From Nannocystaceae bacterium ST9 (GTDB lineage: Bacteria; Myxococcota_A; Polyangia; Nannocystales; Nannocystaceae): a stretch of DNA of 64,000 bases. The notes beneath the pieces are model-generated. The model had not been told where the DNA came from and made no database searches. It was given only the letters and a program-made list of their open reading frames with translations. The translations under genes were made by a program, and so were the position numbers. Positions within the stretch are counted from its first letter, which is position 1, and the number at the start of each line of letters is the position of its first letter. The stretch spans positions 1,605,642 to 1,669,641 of the forward strand of contig JBLWFJ010000001.1 in NCBI GenBank assembly GCA_048320885.1, written 5' to 3'. This document shows, piece by piece, positions 9,412 through 18,622 of the stretch.

Positions 9412-10623
9412 TCAATCCGAGAGCCCGAGCCGCCGCTCCCACACGCGAAACACCACCGTCGCGACCACGACCAGCATCGCCGCGAACGCGAAGGTGCCCG
9501 GGTAGTCGACGAGCATGACGACCGCCCCGAACATCGGCCCGCCGATCAGCAGGCCGAAGTCGAAGAGCGCGGTGAACATCGAGATCGCGCTGCCCCGCTC
9601 TTCGGGCCGCGCTCGCATGACGACCAGGGTCGACAAGATCGGGAACGCGTAGCCGTGGCCGATCCCACACAGCAGCCCGGCGAGGATCAGGTGCTCGGGC
9701 TCGCTGGCCAGGGCCATGACCACGAGCCCGGTCGCGCCGCTGAACAGCGCGGGGATCAGCACGCGGCGCAGGCCGAGCCGCTCGGGCACCCAGCCGAAGA
9801 ACGCACGCAGGATCGTGGCCGCGAGCGCGTAGGTCGCGAAGAAGCCGCCCATCGTGCCGAGCTCGGGCGCCTCGATCAGGTAGGTCTTCAAGAACGTGAA
9901 GTAGGCGGCCAGCCCGGTCGAGAACGCCAGGCCGACGAAGAACACCGAGCGCAGCTCCTTGGCCGCGACCGAGGTCCAAAACCCGCGCGCGGCCACGCTG
10001 CTGCGCTGGAGGGTCTCGGGCAGCGGGATCGTGATCAGCAGGCCGGCGCAGGCCGAGCCCAGGGCGATCCACAGCAAGTTCGAATAGTCGCCACCGACGA
10101 TCACGAGGTCGCCGAGCAGCCCGCCGATCGCCAGCGGCAGCATGCCGGAGATCCCGAACAGCGCGATGCCATGCGCCCGCCGCTCGGCCGGGACCAGGTC
10201 GGCGGCGATCGTGAACAGCACCGAGAAGAGCATCGCCTCGGCGGCGCCCTGGATCACCCGCACGCCCGCGACCATCAGCCAGACCGGCAGGCCGCCGCCG
10301 ATCGTCGAGGCGTCGAGCAGCACGAACGCGGCGGTCGCCAGCATGTGCACGCCCCCGCCGATCAACACGACGATCCGCCGGCCTCGCGTGTCCATCACCC
10401 GGCCGACCAGCGGGCGCGAGAGGATCGCCGACACGGCCATCGCGGCGAACAGCACCCCGATCAGCAGCTCGCCGGCGCCCCGGCCCTCGAGCCAGCCCGA
10501 GAGGTGCACGAAGCAGTAAAAGCCGATCCCGTGCAGGAAGTTGGCCGCCGCGGCCAGCACGAAGGGCAGGCTCCACAGCGACTTCCTGGCGGGCACGCTC
10601 GAGCCGGCGTCGGTCGCGAGCAT
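9412..10623 (-). CDS. MFS transporter
   Basis: About 12 predicted TM helices with a typical MFS loop motif (GRVMDTRGRR). Start at internal ATG MLATDAGSS. Confidence 0.8.
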   Translation of the reverse strand: MLATDAGSSVPARKSLWSLPFVLAAAANFLHGIGFYCFVHLSGWLEGRGAGELLIGVLFAAMAVSAILSRPLVGRVMDTRGRRIVVLIGGGVHMLATAAFVLLDASTIGGGLPVWLMVAGVRVIQGAAEAMLFSVLFTIAADLVPAERRAHGIALFGISGMLPLAIGGLLGDLVIVGGDYSNLLWIALGSACAGLLITIPLPETLQRSSVAARGFWTSVAAKELRSVFFVGLAFSTGLAAYFTFLKTYLIEAPELGTMGGFFATYALAATILRAFFGWVPERLGLRRVLIPALFSGATGLVVMALASEPEHLILAGLLCGIGHGYAFPILSTLVVMRARPEERGSAISMFTALFDFGLLIGGPMFGAVVMLVDYPGTFAFAAMLVVVATVVFRVWERRLGLSD

Positions 10624-10628
10624 CCCGC

Positions 10629-11900
10629 TCAGCTCTCTCGTTCGCGCATGCGCGTGCCCAGCATCAGCGCCAGCTTGACGTTGATCAGCGCGACCAGGCC
10701 CCCGAGCATCAAGGGCGCGCCGGGATCGATGTGCTCGAAGAGCGGGCCGGCGACCGCGGGGCCGCTGACCCGCGCGAGCGCCGACGACGACTCTTTCATG
10801 CCCATGTTCATGCCTTGGTTCTCGGCCGTCGACACCCGCGAGACCAAGGCCGAGATGGTCGCGGTCGTCAGCCCGTTGCCGCCCGCCATCAGCATGCCGC
10901 CGAGCCCGTAGCAGGCGAGCGCCGGCAGGCTGGCCCCGCCGTCGGCCGCGGTGGTCGCAAACCCGAGCAGCGCGGTCAGGTGGCCGACCCCGCCGATCGT
11001 CAGCAGCCCGAACCCGACCATGGTCAGGCCGATCGTCAAGGTCGTGGTCTCGCCGAATTTGCCGACCGCGCGACCGACCAGCAGGCCCTGGAAGATCACC
11101 ATGTTCACGCCGATGAAGGTCATGAAGATGCCGGTCTCGCGTCCACCCCAGCCGAACATGTGCTTGCTGAACAGCGGCAGCGTCGACTCCATGCCCGCGA
11201 ACGCGACGAAGAAGCAGAACGCGATCACGATCAGCCAGGCCATCGGCGTGCCCTGGACGCGGCGAGCCGCGTCGCGCATGCGCGGGAGCAAGGGGGGCTT
11301 GGGCGCCGCGTCGACGCGAGCCTGCGCCGCGCGATCGGGGAAGTGGGTCTCGGGCAGCCAGATCGCCGCCATCCCGAGGTTGAGCAGCGAGAGCAGGGCC
11401 GCCACGAAGAAGGGCAGCGAGGGCATGGCGTCGGTCGCGAGCAGCCCGCCGATCGCCGGGCCGAACACGAAGCCCATGCCCATCGCGGCGCCCATCATGC
11501 CCATGTACTTGGCTCGCTCCTTGGCCGGGACGAGGTCGGCGACGTAGGCGTGGGCGGTCGAGACGTTGGCCTTGCAGCAGCCCGCGACCACGCGAGCGGC
11601 GAACACCAGCCACAGCGCGTTGGCGAACCCGAGCACCAGGCTCGACGCGACCGAGCCGAAGATCGAAAACAGCATGATCGGTCGGCGACCGTGGCGATCG
11701 CTGAGCCGACCGAGCACCGGCGACATCACGAACTGCGCGGCCGAGAACGCGGTCGAGAGCAGCGTGACGGCGGTCGCCGAGGCGTCGAACGACTCCGCGT
11801 AGTAGGGGAGGATCGGCAAGATGATCCCGAACCCCGCGAGATCGAGGAACAAGGTCAGCGCCACCGTCGAGAGCGCCCGCCTACGTTCGCGCTCGGTCAT
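10629..11900 (-). CDS. MFS transporter (DHA1/tetracycline-efflux-like)
   Basis: MTERERRRALSTVALTLFLDLAGFGIILPILPYY followed by GRLSDRHGRRP motif A. 423 aa. Tandem with the upstream MFS gene. Confidence 0.8.
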   Translation of the reverse strand: MTERERRRALSTVALTLFLDLAGFGIILPILPYYAESFDASATAVTLLSTAFSAAQFVMSPVLGRLSDRHGRRPIMLFSIFGSVASSLVLGFANALWLVFAARVVAGCCKANVSTAHAYVADLVPAKERAKYMGMMGAAMGMGFVFGPAIGGLLATDAMPSLPFFVAALLSLLNLGMAAIWLPETHFPDRAAQARVDAAPKPPLLPRMRDAARRVQGTPMAWLIVIAFCFFVAFAGMESTLPLFSKHMFGWGGRETGIFMTFIGVNMVIFQGLLVGRAVGKFGETTTLTIGLTMVGFGLLTIGGVGHLTALLGFATTAADGGASLPALACYGLGGMLMAGGNGLTTATISALVSRVSTAENQGMNMGMKESSSALARVSGPAVAGPLFEHIDPGAPLMLGGLVALINVKLALMLGTRMRERES

Positions 11901-12042
11901 CGGAGCGGCACTCGTCGTCGACTCGGGCGGCTCGCTGGAGGCAGACACGCGCCGCGGAGTGTACGTGCTGGATCTGCGGAGCGACAGGCAAGCGCACGAG
12001 GCGCTGGCGTGGACGTGCGAGGAGGGTCTACCTTCCAATCCC

Positions 12043-12690
12043 GTGGCGCTGCCTCCCTTCGTGCTCGAGCAACTCGGACGTCCGCACGGTCGGCTCGCGG
12101 CCTTGACCGGATTCTTCCTGAACCGCGCCAACGCCAGGGCGATCCGCGAGGCGATCGCGACCCTCGAGCTGCGCCCGGGCCAGCGCGTGGTCGAGGTCGG
12201 GTTCGGCGGCGGCTACTCGCTCTCGGTCTTGCTGCGCGCGGTCGGAGCCGAGGGGCACGTGTTCGCGCTCGAGCTCTCCGACGAGCTGCTCGCGCGTGCG
12301 CGTCGACGCTACATCGTGCCGCGCATGCAGGGTCGCCTGCGGATCGATCGTGCGCCCGTCGAGCAGCTCCCGCTCGCCGACGCCAGCTTCGACGCCGCGC
12401 TGAGCATGCACACGATCTTCTTTTGGACCGACGTCGATCGTGGCCTCGACGAGCTCGCCCGCGTGCTGAAGCCGGGCGGTCGATTGGTCCTGGGTCTGGG
12501 CGAGCCCGAGATGTTGACGAAGGCGGGCTTCGCCGCCCACGGTCACCGCGTGGTCGTGCCCGAGCGGCTGGCCGAGCACATGCCCGCGCACGGGTTCGAG
12601 CGAGTCGCGATCCATCGAGCCGGACGCGAGAGCGTGCTGGTCAGCGCGCTGCGTTCGAACTCGCCGCCGCCGACTCCACGCGCGCCTTGA
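12043..12690 (+). CDS. Class I SAM-dependent methyltransferase
   Basis: Motif I VVEVGFGGG and post-I LKPGGRLVL. The start is uncertain: a GTG at 12043 is chosen because sequence upstream has low GC3 and overlaps the divergent MFS gene. Confidence 0.6.
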   Translation: MALPPFVLEQLGRPHGRLAALTGFFLNRANARAIREAIATLELRPGQRVVEVGFGGGYSLSVLLRAVGAEGHVFALELSDELLARARRRYIVPRMQGRLRIDRAPVEQLPLADASFDAALSMHTIFFWTDVDRGLDELARVLKPGGRLVLGLGEPEMLTKAGFAAHGHRVVVPERLAEHMPAHGFERVAIHRAGRESVLVSALRSNSPPPTPRAP

Positions 12691-13369
12691 TCCCCAGCAT
12701 CATTCGGCGCTCCATCACGAAGTTGATCGGCTCGACGAAGCCCTTCCACATCAGCTCATGCGAGCGGGTCGGCGTGTAGTCGAGCCGCCAGCGGATCAGC
12801 AGGCGAGTGCCGCCCACGGGCTCGGGCGCCTCGCTGTCTTCGAGCACGAACGCCCAGCTCGCGATCGTGAAGTCGTCGGGCCGCGGCCCGCCGCAGTCGA
12901 AGCGCTCGCCGCTCGCGTTGTCGCGGCCGTCGCAGAGCAGCAGCAGGTGGGGCGGCGAGAGCCGCTCGACGCGAAACGCCAGCTTGTCGTGCAGCGGAAT
13001 CTCGTCGCCGACCGCGAGCGCTTGCAGCTCCGGGACCACGCGCTCGGCCGACTCGCCGTCGACGAACTCGCCCGCGCCGACCATGTCCTCGAGCACGTCG
13101 TAGCTGTACCAACCAGCGCGACCCTGCCCGATCTGGATCAGCCAGGGCCAGACTCGCTCGGGCGGCGCCGCGATCGTGATCGCGCGGGTGTACTGCAAGC
13201 GCGGGCTCTCGATCAGCTCGTCGCCGGGCAACAGGCGATGGGCCTCGTGCTCGGTCGCGCCCCACTTGCGATAGAAGGCGCGCAAGAGCGGGTTGGCCAG
13301 CACGGTCGAGGCGATCGCAGCCGCCCCGACGACCCCGTCGGCGATGTGTTGGAAGTCGTGGTGGTGCAC
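12641..13369 (-). CDS. SRPBCC-family (polyketide cyclase/dehydrase-like) protein
   Basis: AITIAAPPERVWPWLIQIGQGRAGWYSYD is typical of the SRPBCC/Polyketide_cyc2 fold. Confidence 0.6.
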   Translation of the reverse strand: MHHHDFQHIADGVVGAAAIASTVLANPLLRAFYRKWGATEHEAHRLLPGDELIESPRLQYTRAITIAAPPERVWPWLIQIGQGRAGWYSYDVLEDMVGAGEFVDGESAERVVPELQALAVGDEIPLHDKLAFRVERLSPPHLLLLCDGRDNASGERFDCGGPRPDDFTIASWAFVLEDSEAPEPVGGTRLLIRWRLDYTPTRSHELMWKGFVEPINFVMERRMMLGIKARVESAAASSNAAR

Positions 13370-13427
13370 GGCGAGTCGAGCATCAGGGGCGCAGGCCCTG
13401 CGCGCAACCGCAGCGTTTGCGGCGAGC

Positions 13428-14168
13428 TCATCCGGGATCCGGCTGCTCGCCGAACCAGAGCACCGAGAAGCCCTGGTACACGTCGGCCCCGAGCGCCTGC
13501 CAGGGATGATCGACCCAGATGCCCTGGTTCAAGATCACCTCGTTGTGGCCCGGGCTCGACTTCCAGGCGTCGAGCGCCTGCGCGGGCGTGCCGATGCCCG
13601 AGACCGCGTTCTCGTAGCCATAGCCCGGGTACACGGTCAGCTCCGAGGGCTTGTCCCACATGCACTGGGCCTGCGCGTGATCGGGCGTGTAGCAGCAGGG
13701 TGACCAGGGGCCCTGATCCGACCAGCTGTGCAGGTTGCAGCCGCCCGGCTGGGTGTGCGGCGAGTTGTCGTTCAAGTCGTGCACGTGCGTGGTCGCGACC
13801 GTGCACAGCGAGTTCGAAGCCGGGATCGCCGGCAGCCCGTTCTCGGCTCGATAGTCGTTGACCAGCCCGATCAGCTCGATCGCGTCGGCGGTGCAGCCCG
13901 CAGGCGGATCGCCGGTCGTCGTGTCGGCCTCGCTCGTGCTCGTGTCGGCCTCGCTCGTGCTCGTGTCGGCCTCGCTCGTGCTCGTGCTCGTGTTCGTCGC
14001 GTCGTCGGCCGAGCTGCTCGTCGAGTCCGAGCTCGCATCGCCGTCACCGTCCCCGACCTCGGTGTCGGTGCCCGTCCCGCCGAGCTCGTCGGCCATGTCG
14101 TCCTCGACTCCGCCGTAGCAACCGATCGTCAGGACCAACACCATCGAAGCACGCGCGGCCGCTCGCAT
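13428..14168 (-). CDS. CAP/SCP (YkwD-like) domain lipoprotein with acidic S/T-rich repeat linker
   Basis: Lipobox LTIGC. C-terminal YRAENGLP...AWKSSPGHNEVILNQ matches the YkwD/CAP motif NSSGHRANILN. The linker carries TSTSEAD x3, encoded by a 24-bp tandem repeat. Confidence 0.7.
   Translation of the reverse strand: MRAAARASMVLVLTIGCYGGVEDDMADELGGTGTDTEVGDGDGDASSDSTSSSADDATNTSTSTSEADTSTSEADTSTSEADTTTGDPPAGCTADAIELIGLVNDYRAENGLPAIPASNSLCTVATTHVHDLNDNSPHTQPGGCNLHSWSDQGPWSPCCYTPDHAQAQCMWDKPSELTVYPGYGYENAVSGIGTPAQALDAWKSSPGHNEVILNQGIWVDHPWQALGADVYQGFSVLWFGEQPDPG
13905..13990. repeat. Three tandem 24-bp direct repeats inside the CAP-protein linker coding region
   Basis: tcgtgtcggcctcgctcgtgc(tcg) is repeated three times head-to-tail. 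It encodes the TSTSEAD repeats. Confidence 0.6.
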
Positions 14169-14293
14169 GCCGGCAAGGTAACAGCTTCGCCTTGATCGAA
14201 CGACCACAATTCCCATGCACCGCGTCGCGAAGGTAATGCCAGTGACGATCGAAGCGCTCGACCGCGATCGTGGATTCATGCGAAGGTCCGCTC

Positions 14294-15967
14294 ATGGTCA
14301 CGCGTCGCCCCGTCGAGCTCCTCTCGCTCGGCCTGTTCGCCTTGCTGGCCGCTTGCCAGGGCGATGGTCGAGGCAGCACCTTCGGCGGCACCTTCGACGA
14401 AGCCGGTGAGGGCGATGGCGACGGCGACGACGAGGGCCTCGACGACGGCGAGTACGCGGCCCCACGCCTGCGGATCCTGCTGGCCCGGCAATACGTCGCG
14501 ACGATCGGCGATCTGCTCGGACCGCAGGCTGCCCAGGTCGCGAGCACGCGCGCCGACGTGACGCTCAACGGCTTCGACGCGATCGGGGCCGCCCAGCTCG
14601 CGCTGACCAGTCAAGACATCGACGTCTACGAGAAGTCGGCCGGCGACGTCGCGGCCGCGGCCGTGGCCACGCCCGGCGCGATCGATCCCTACCTGAGCTG
14701 CACGCCGATCGAGCCGGGCGACGCCGAGTGCATGCGCAGCTTCGTCGACGCGTTCGGATCGCTGGCCTGGCGGCGCCCGCTCGACGAGAGCGAGCGAACC
14801 CGCTGGGCCGACGTCGGGCTCGCGGCCGCGCTCGACTTCGGCGACTTCGACAAGGGCGTCGAGTTCGTGATCGCCGGCATGTTGCAGTCGCCGAATTTCA
14901 TCTACCAGGTCGAGATCGGTGAGCCCGATCCCGACAACCCGGGCCTGCGCCGGCTGAGCGGGGCCGAGGTCGCGACTCGAATGTCGTACTTCCTGCTCGA
15001 CACCACGCCCAGCCGCGAGCTGCTCGAGGCCGCGGCCGCCGGCGAGCTCGACACCGCCGAGGGCGTGCGGGCCTGGGCCGAGAGCATGGTCCTCGATCCG
15101 CGGGCTCGCTTCGCGTTCGACAATTTCTTCGAAGAGGTCCTCTACCTGCGCAAGCTCGACGAGACCGCCAAGGATCTCGGCACCTACCCGAGCTGGTCGC
15201 CCTACCTGGCCGACTCGATGCGGGTCGAGACGCTCGCGCTGGTCGACGACGTGATCTGGCTCGAGGACGGCGACTATCGCGACGTGCTGACCGCCGACTA
15301 CACCTTCGTGAACGAGGCGCTGGCCGAGCACTACGGCATCGCCCACCCCGGCGGCACCGGCTTTCAGAAGGTCGCGCTGCCGCCCGGCGAGAAGCGAGGC
15401 GGCATCTTCGGTCACGCCAGCCTGCTCTCGGTGCTCGCCCACGTCAGCAGCACCTCGCCGACCTTGCGCGGCAAGTTCATCCAAGAGCGGATGATGTGCA
15501 CCTCGATCCCGCCGCCACCGCCCGGGGTCGTCACCGATCTGCCGAGCGGCGCCGAATACAAGACCATGCGCGAGCGCCTGGCCGCCCACCAAGAGCAGGA
15601 GACCTGCGCCATCTGCCACACGATCATGGATCCGCCCGGGCTCGGGCTCGAGAACTACGACGGCGTCGGGCAGTTCCGAACCATGGAGAACGGCGTGGTG
15701 ATCGACACCAAGAGCGACCTCGACGGCGATCCCTTCGACGGCGCCGCCGAGCTCGGCGCGGTCCTGCGCGAGCGCCCGAAGTTCTCGCTCTGCACCGTGC
15801 TCAACCTCTATCGCCACGCGACCGGCCACGTCGAGCTCTCGGGCGAGCTCGAGCGCCTGGTCGGCGTCGACGAGTCGTTCATCGCCGCCCAGTACCGATT
15901 CAAGTCGGCGCTGGTCGAGCTGGTCGCCAGCAAGGCGTTTCGCTTCGTCGGGGAGCAGGACCAATGA
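14294..15967 (+). CDS. DUF1592/DUF1588-family lipoprotein with CxxCH heme-binding motif
   Basis: Lipobox LLAAC. CAICH motif. Long acidic N-terminal linker. Stop overlaps the next gene's start (ATGA), the conserved pairing with DUF1552. Confidence 0.7.
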   Translation: MVTRRPVELLSLGLFALLAACQGDGRGSTFGGTFDEAGEGDGDGDDEGLDDGEYAAPRLRILLARQYVATIGDLLGPQAAQVASTRADVTLNGFDAIGAAQLALTSQDIDVYEKSAGDVAAAAVATPGAIDPYLSCTPIEPGDAECMRSFVDAFGSLAWRRPLDESERTRWADVGLAAALDFGDFDKGVEFVIAGMLQSPNFIYQVEIGEPDPDNPGLRRLSGAEVATRMSYFLLDTTPSRELLEAAAAGELDTAEGVRAWAESMVLDPRARFAFDNFFEEVLYLRKLDETAKDLGTYPSWSPYLADSMRVETLALVDDVIWLEDGDYRDVLTADYTFVNEALAEHYGIAHPGGTGFQKVALPPGEKRGGIFGHASLLSVLAHVSSTSPTLRGKFIQERMMCTSIPPPPPGVVTDLPSGAEYKTMRERLAAHQEQETCAICHTIMDPPGLGLENYDGVGQFRTMENGVVIDTKSDLDGDPFDGAAELGAVLRERPKFSLCTVLNLYRHATGHVELSGELERLVGVDESFIAAQYRFKSALVELVASKAFRFVGEQDQ

Positions 15968-17394
15968 CCACGCCACGCAAGCCACGCAAGCCGCTCAAGC
16001 CGCTCACTCCCCTGATCCGCGTGGCCGGCCGCGGCATGAATCGCCGCACGCTGCTTCGCGGCATGCTCGGCGGAGGTCTGGTCGCGCTCGCCCTGCCGCC
16101 GCTCGAGGCCATGCTGAATTCCAACGGCACCGCGCTGGCCAACGGCTCGCCCCTGCCCCGCCGAATGATCACCTGGTTCTTCGGCAACGGCTGCGCGCTC
16201 AAGAACACCGGTGATCCCAACGCCGGCATTCGCTTCCAGCCCGACGCCCAGGGGCCCGGCTACGACGTCACGCCCCAGCTCGCGCCGCTCCAGGCCGCCG
16301 GCGTGATCGATTATTGCCACGTGCTCTCGGGCTTCGACATCAAGGCCGCGTCGCAGCATCGCCGCGGTCACCACGACGGCTGCACCTTCTTTTCGGGCTA
16401 TCCCTTCATCGAGCTGCCGGCCGACGGCGCCAACTATTCGTCGAAGTTCGGCGGCCCGACCGTCGATCAGGTCGCCGCCAACGCGGTCGGCGGCCAGACC
16501 TTCCTGCCCTCGATCCAATTGCAGGTGTCCAAGCGGATCGTCGGCAGCGAAGGCCCGACCCTGCAATATCTCTCGCACAAGGGCCCGGATCAGCCGCTGC
16601 CGCAGACCGCCAACCCGCAAGAGGCGTGGAACAAGCTGTTCGCCAGCTTCACCGCCGAAGACGACCCCGCGACCCCGCATCGGCTCGCGGCCCTCGACGC
16701 CGTCAGCGAGGACGCCAAGGCCCTGCAGATGCGAGTCGGCGCCGCCGACCACCAGCGCCTCGAAGCCCACCTCGAGTCGGTCGCCCAGATCCGCAGCCAG
16801 ATCGCCGCGCTCGCCCCGGTCTGCACCACCCCGCCTCAGCCCGGCGAGACCAACACCGACATCGACGGCAACGAGCCGATCATCGCCGTCAACGACGTGA
16901 TGAGCAGCCTGATCGCCCTGGCCTTCTCCTGCGACATCACCCGAATCGCCAGCGTGCAATTCACCGGCTCGGTCGGATTCACCGTATTCAACGACCTCGG
17001 CATCAACATGGGTCACCACGACATGACCCACGACGCCCTGCGCAACGAGGACGTCGACGCCGCGACGATCTACACCATGCAGCGCTTCGCGACCCTGCTC
17101 GCCGCATTGCGCAACACGATCGAGGGCGACGGCAACCTGCTCGACAACTCCTGCGTGCTGCTCGGCAGCGACGCGTCCTCGGGCCTCACCCACGGCGTCT
17201 ACGACCAACCCTGCATCGTCGCCGGCAAGGGCGGCGGCGTGCTCAAGTACCCCGGCGTCCACTACCGCTCGCCCAACAGCGAGAACAGCTCGAACATCCT
17301 GCTCTCGGTGCTGCAGACGGTCTGTCCAGAGGCGACCGAGGTCGGCGGGACGCTCGGGTACTCGAACACGCCGGTCTCGCAGATCATGGCGTGA
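15964..17394 (+). CDS. DUF1552-family protein with twin-arginine signal
   Basis: MNRRTLLRGMLGGGLVALALP Tat signal. Translationally coupled to the upstream DUF1592-like gene. Confidence 0.75.
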   Translation: MTTPRKPRKPLKPLTPLIRVAGRGMNRRTLLRGMLGGGLVALALPPLEAMLNSNGTALANGSPLPRRMITWFFGNGCALKNTGDPNAGIRFQPDAQGPGYDVTPQLAPLQAAGVIDYCHVLSGFDIKAASQHRRGHHDGCTFFSGYPFIELPADGANYSSKFGGPTVDQVAANAVGGQTFLPSIQLQVSKRIVGSEGPTLQYLSHKGPDQPLPQTANPQEAWNKLFASFTAEDDPATPHRLAALDAVSEDAKALQMRVGAADHQRLEAHLESVAQIRSQIAALAPVCTTPPQPGETNTDIDGNEPIIAVNDVMSSLIALAFSCDITRIASVQFTGSVGFTVFNDLGINMGHHDMTHDALRNEDVDAATIYTMQRFATLLAALRNTIEGDGNLLDNSCVLLGSDASSGLTHGVYDQPCIVAGKGGGVLKYPGVHYRSPNSENSSNILLSVLQTVCPEATEVGGTLGYSNTPVSQIMA

Positions 17395-17397
17395 GCC

Positions 17398-17757
17398 GTG
17401 CTCGACTCGGTTCGCCCGCGATCGACCGGCCAGGCCGACGACCACGCGGCCGACGATCGAGCCTTGCGCTGCAAGCTGTGCGAGCGCGAGGTCGCTCGGC
17501 TCGCCGATCGGGTCTCGATCGGCAGCGGCGAGCTGCACACCTTCGTGAATCCGCGAGGCGAGGTGTTCGAGTTGGTCTGCTTCGCGCGCGCCGAAGGGGT
17601 CGTCGCGCGTGGCGAGGCGACGCTCGAGTTCACCTGGTTTCCCGGCCACGCGTGGCGATTTGGAATGTGTCGAACCTGCGGCGCGCAGCTCGGATGGCAT
17701 TATCGAGGTGATTCGAACTTTTGGGGTCTGGTTCGCGCCTCGTTACATTGGCCTTGA
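17398..17757 (+). CDS. CULT-domain protein (bacterial cereblon-like)
   Basis: CKLCEREV ... HTFVNPRGEVFE ... TWFPGHAWRFGMCRTCGAQLGWHY ... FWGLVRASL. The alignment to cereblon's thalidomide-binding CULT domain is near-colinear ([24 protein letters not shown]), including the tri-tryptophan cage and both CxxC pairs. Confidence 0.8.
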   Translation: MLDSVRPRSTGQADDHAADDRALRCKLCEREVARLADRVSIGSGELHTFVNPRGEVFELVCFARAEGVVARGEATLEFTWFPGHAWRFGMCRTCGAQLGWHYRGDSNFWGLVRASLHWP

Positions 17758-17780
17758 TCCGCTGGAATTCATCACGCATG

Positions 17781-17807
17781 GCGCAATCTCCCGCGGGAGA
17801 TTCGACG
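17781..17807. repeat. Solo copy of the palindromic element GCGCAATCTCCCGCGGGAGATTCGACG (core 18-bp perfect palindrome)
   Basis: Sits in the convergent intergenic gap between the CULT gene and the HAD hydrolase gene. 31 nt are identical to the copy at 60671..60704. Confidence 0.7.
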
Positions 17808-17827
17808 TCTCTGCGCGCGGGGATCGT

Positions 17828-18442
17828 TCACCCCTCCAGCAGCAGTGGATGATCCAACAATTCGGCGAGCCGCCGAATGTCGCCGCGCCCGCGCGGATCG
17901 ACATGAAGCGCCCGCATCCCGGCCTCGCGAGCGCCACGAACGTCGTCGTGCCGGCTGTCGCCGATCATGATCAGCTCGTCCAGCCCCAGCCCCAGCCGCG
18001 CCGCGGCGTGCTCGAAGATCGCCGGCTCCGGCTTGGCCATGCCGACGTCGCACGAGAACACCAGCACGTCGAAGTGGCGATCGAGCCCGAGCTCGAACAC
18101 CGGCCGCTTGTAGGGCGCCGCGAGGTTGGAGAGCAGCGCGAGCTTCAGCCCACGCTCGCGGGCCCGCTCGAGCGTGGCGACGCAGCCTTCGACGAGGTCG
18201 ACCGCGGCGAGGCCCTCGGCGAGCAGGCGATCGAAGTGCTCGGGCGGCGGACCCCAGCGGGCTTCGAAGTGCTCGCGAAACGCGGCGAGCGTCGGGATCG
18301 GCTGGGTCAGCGCGGCCCGTCGGGCGCGTCGCCACGCCCAGGGCGGCAGGGTCTTGTAGATGAGCTCGCGGTAGGCTCGCCAACCCTCGCCGCGGGTGAC
18401 GAGCGTACCGTAGAGATCGAAGACGAGACCGCGGACCGGCAT
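17828..18442 (-). CDS. HAD-family hydrolase
   Basis: Motif I VFDLYGTLV, motif III K, motif IV IGDSRHD. Start at internal ATG MPVRGL. Upstream ORF text is junk. Confidence 0.75.
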   Translation of the reverse strand: MPVRGLVFDLYGTLVTRGEGWRAYRELIYKTLPPWAWRRARRAALTQPIPTLAAFREHFEARWGPPPEHFDRLLAEGLAAVDLVEGCVATLERARERGLKLALLSNLAAPYKRPVFELGLDRHFDVLVFSCDVGMAKPEPAIFEHAAARLGLGLDELIMIGDSRHDDVRGAREAGMRALHVDPRGRGDIRRLAELLDHPLLLEG

Positions 18443-18570
18443 CACTCGTCCTCGCAGACCTCGAGCGCGGCCGGACTGAAGGTCTCGGCGACCTTCGGCG
18501 CGGCCTCCTGCGCGCCGCAGCCGATCCCGCCGATCACCCCACAGAGCACGACGACTCGAGCCGCTCGCAT
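18442..18570 (-). CDS. Possible small secreted peptide (42 aa) translationally coupled to HAD hydrolase
   Basis: MRAARVVVLCGVIGGIGCGAQEAAPKVAETFSPAALEVCEDE is signal-peptide-like. Its stop overlaps the HAD start (TGATG). Confidence 0.3.
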   Translation of the reverse strand: MRAARVVVLCGVIGGIGCGAQEAAPKVAETFSPAALEVCEDE

Positions 18571-18622
18571 GCCGCGAGTGTCCCAGCAAGCCCTCGCGCA
18601 CCGCAACGTGTAAAAGTCGGAC

